Shown: piece after piece, positions 60,651-64,000 of the stretch
Layout of the letters: the number at the start of each line of letters is the position of its first letter
How positions within the stretch are numbered: position 1 is the stretch's first letter
NCBI RefSeq assembly: GCF_964194155.1
Contig: NC_135885.1
Span: forward strand, 126,976,001-127,040,000
From: Cetorhinus maximus
Taxonomy: Eukaryota
Length of the DNA: 64,000 nt
Direction of reading: 5' to 3'
Notes under the pieces: generated by a model
Told to the model about the DNA's origin: nothing
The model's input: the letters and a program-made list of their open reading frames with translations, nothing else
Database searches by the model: none
Position numbers and translations under genes: made by a program

Positions 60651-61957
60651 GGCTGGATGTTCACCAAGCTAGGATGACTCCGGAGCCCTTTAAAAATGGT
60701 GGGCGACTCCCAGTTCTGGGATTCCCGACCAGATTCCAGAGCAGTCTGATTTCCAGTAGTGTCATTAAAGGGTATAGGCTGGTTTGTGTCAAAAGCCCGC
60801 AACCGGTATTCCCGACTTGGCTGACTCCATTGCAGTTATAAGCATCTTCTACTCCTCTGCAATTTTCATGGAGTCGGGCCAGGTTTTCAAAAAGTCATGG
60901 TTCATTGCCTCTTAGAGGAGTCATGAACCTTAATCTGCATGAGGGGACCTTCATGAGGTGAGTTAAAAAGCTATGCCCACCCCTCCCCTACCCACCCACA
61001 TGGCCTCTCATGCTCCCATGCCAAGTTATGCCTCTACCTACCCTCTGGCCTTTCATGCTCTCTATGCTAAGCTATGCTCCCCTATCAATACCCCATGATC
61101 CCTCATGCCCCAAATTCAAACTATGGCTCTCCACTCAACCGCATGGTCCTTCATGCCCCCTATGACAAGCTATGGTACTTCCATGCCCATTGACCCACTT
61201 TACATTGCATAGAACTAATGAACCTTATAGTGACAGAATTATGTGTCAAAATAAACTTTTAAAAAGTCACTCATTTATTACTTTTCACTATGTTTTAAAA
61301 GTAATTTCATTATAGGGCAATAAAAGTGTGAATCATCCAGACTCTTTAAAGCATCAATAACAGAAACCACAAGCCCTTGAAACCACTTAACCTTGTGTAA
61401 ATAAACATTGTAGAATTAATTGCAGAGATCAGAGAGCCAGAGCTGTCAATCAAGCAATGTTTTCCCTTGGGTGTAGCTGTTTCAACAAGAGTAATAGATG
61501 TCTGGGCTCTCAGACCATGCTTGGGGTTGGGTGTATTGGCATGAGAGGTATATGAGAGGCCATGGGGATGGGTGGGCTTCATAGCTTCACACAGGGGGTA
61601 TGAGGGGCCACAGAGGTGGGTGGGGGGGCATGAGGTGGCATGGATGGGGCATGTGGGGTGCGTGGGGGGTGACGGGGTTGAGGGGTGGTGAGGGCTGGAG
61701 AAACTTTGTGTTTTTATTTTAACAAGGAAAAGCCCCATAGTGCTGAATACTTTAAAACAGCCTTTTAAACAGTTGGCCATGGCTGCCCCTGTGGCTGCCT
61801 CCGACTTCTTTTCTGGATCGGCTGGCCCGATTCCAGCCCACACCTGCCACCCAGCAATGGAGATTTCGACATTGAGGGCTCTTTGCCTGAGGCAAGTGGG
61901 CTGATCCAGGAATTTTCCTGACTCCCTCTACCCACCTCGGTGATGAAATTCCTGGCC
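60651..61957. mobile_element. Non-autonomous Harbinger-type element, 1.3 kb
   Basis: TIRs GGCTGGATGTTCACCA / TGATGAAATTCCTGGCC with a 3-bp TSD AAT (60648-60650 / 61958-61960). Internal C-rich and G-rich degenerate repeats in opposite orientation. Confidence 0.75.
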
Positions 61958-63309
61958 AATGTCTCTCTCTGGTCAGTGGCAGCAAAATTGCTACAACAAA
62001 GTACCTACTTTGATGTGAGCTCAGTTCTGAGTGGTCACTCTGGAAATGACTTTTAAAGTTCCTATTGCATAATTCTCCTAAAAGAGGATAACACACATTA
62101 TATCAATATTACCTGCAGAGCAAAGAGGCATATAGGCAAGAAGAAAGATAAAAGGTCATGACACAGAAAGATGAACAATCATTGTTTTTGCAACTCATGA
62201 GGGAAATATAATGTTCCGCTTGTTGTGCTAATGGCAGTCTCAGAGCACATGCTGAGGACTAAAAGTCCTTCATTACTATCCAATCGGAATAACTTATCTC
62301 TAGTGCTCAATCAGCCAATAAGATACTAAATTAAAATGCTTATTCAACGGAGATACTAATCTATATTAGGAACTCAAAATGGTTTTCATCAAATGCCCAT
62401 TTTAACAGGATTTATTTGGAGTCTGAAATGTTGAAAGCTCCAATGGAAACAGGTTTATGGTAGGGAACCATTTATTTAGCATTAAGAACATTTGAACACA
62501 GAGAATTCTGATTCCCCTGTTGGCAATAAGTATTGAGCTTTTAACAAGCGAAACAAGATTAAGATTGCATTCTGCTATTAGGTTTATTGAGCACTTGAAA
62601 CCTTAACAGTTGCTCAAAGTTTTGCAATATTAAATATGTATAATTATATAGGGATGTACAGATTTAAATATATATTAGCAGATCTCTTATGCTGATTCTC
62701 ATGGCAATGCAGAGGGTGTGTTGTTTTATAATGTTCAGGGTGTGTTTTATTGCAGATAATAGCAGCATTGACTAAATTATTCTCCATGCATCTTAACCAG
62801 TAATTTGGAGGCAGTGTTGGTGCTTTGGAGATTCAATTCAACTACTTTGCCCATTATTCAGTGAAAACAGCAAATTGGTCATGTTAAAGTTTATACATGC
62901 GTGGGAATCACAATGCACATAAGGATTGAACACCAAGCAAAGTTAGAGGGCAGGATTAATTGGCCCAGAGCAATCATTGTATTTGAAGTTCCATTTTAAA
63001 GTTATAAATTCTGTACTTATTCTTGTAGTACACCTTTATGTAGGTTTGGATATGTTTTCTGTATACGCCACTAGAGGGGAATGATGCAATGTATCATGTG
63101 ATTCATGCTTAGTCTCAGTTTGTTCTGTGGAAGCTACCAACTCTCTCTCCAACTCTGCAATACTGCTACCAATTTCTCAAAGCCTGAATACACAAACCTA
63201 TGTATTTTTGTGTTAACCAATTCCTTATTTGTGGTTAGTGCCTTGATGCTTATCTGCTAAGTAAATGCAAGGAGAAGAAAAGCACGTCACTTATTTTAAT
63301 GGGGAAGGT

Positions 63310-64000
63310 CAGATCCTCCACCATTTCTGCCAACTCCAGCATGATGCCACCACCAAACACATCTTCCCCTTACCTCCCCTGTCAGCATTCTGTAGGGACC
63401 ATTCCATCCGTGACACCCTGGTCTACTTCTCTATCACCCCAACACCTCATTCCCTTCCCATGGCATCTTCCCATGCAATCGCAGGAGGTGTAACATCTTC
63501 CCCTTTGCCTCCCCCTCACCCAAGGCCTCAAATACTCCTTCCAGGTGAAGCAGCACTTCACTTGCACTTTGTCCAATTTAGTCTACTGCATCCGCTGCTC
63601 ACAATACAGTCTCCTCTACACTGGGGAGATTGAATGCAGACTGGGTAGCTGCTTTGCGAAACAGCTTTGCTCAGTCTGCAAGCATGACCATGACCTTCCT
63701 GTCGCTTGCCATTTCAACACACCATCCTGCTCTCATGCCCACATATCTATCTTTGGCCTGCTACAATGTTCCAGTGAAGCCCAACGCAAACTGGAGGAAC
63801 AGCACCTCATTCCTGGTTAGGCACGTTACATCGAGTTCAACAACTTCAGACCATTTTGATATATTTTTTCCCAATCCCCTCCCTGCACCGAGCCAGTCTG
63901 TAACTTGTTCTTATGATTTGCTTTCAGGAAGTGCTGACCCTTGTTCTGCTATTAATACATTCAGCCATATGCCCTTTCTGCCACAATTAGCATCTGCCTT
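63310..64000 (+). mobile_element. Penelope-like element fragment (GIY-YIG region and 3' UTR), decayed
   Basis: ILHHFCQLQHDATTKHIFP and NLVYCIRCSQYSLLYTGE...EAQRKLEEQHLI, homologous to 48020-48591. Confidence 0.9.

Noticed and set aside
1-64000. Most 60-170 aa ORFs in the supplied track as real genes
   Set aside because: They are antisense or off-frame readings of transposons, or chance ORFs with alternative start codons. No coherent host exon chain was found.
1-64000. Prokaryotic systems (CRISPR array, operons, defence islands)
   Set aside because: No regularly spaced repeats with unique spacers and no gene-dense organisation. The content is vertebrate-type repeats.

Overview
Eukaryotic, repeat-saturated non-genic or intronic DNA, most likely from a cartilaginous fish (inferred from a SacSINE1-type DeuSINE and the overall transposon repertoire). 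I found no intact host protein-coding gene, rRNA, true tRNA gene or CRISPR array. The window is a mosaic of decayed and nested transposons: two near-full-length PIF/Harbinger DNA transposons (DDE nuclease plus a convergent three-exon Myb/SANT gene) with many non-autonomous derivatives; two Gypsy LTR retrotransposons and several solo LTRs; CR1 and L2 LINE fragments; a CR1-group LINE family that starts with a tRNA-derived Pol III promoter head; and Penelope-like elements carrying minimal hammerhead ribozymes, two of them as inverted-repeat insertions. The most speculative candidate is at about 21.3-37.0 kb. Once nested insertions are removed, minus-strand stop-poor reading frames unrelated to the transposons remain, separated by a repeated A-tract junction motif. 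This may be an ancient endogenised negative-strand RNA virus and needs homology searches to confirm or reject. All coordinates and translations were worked out by eye.
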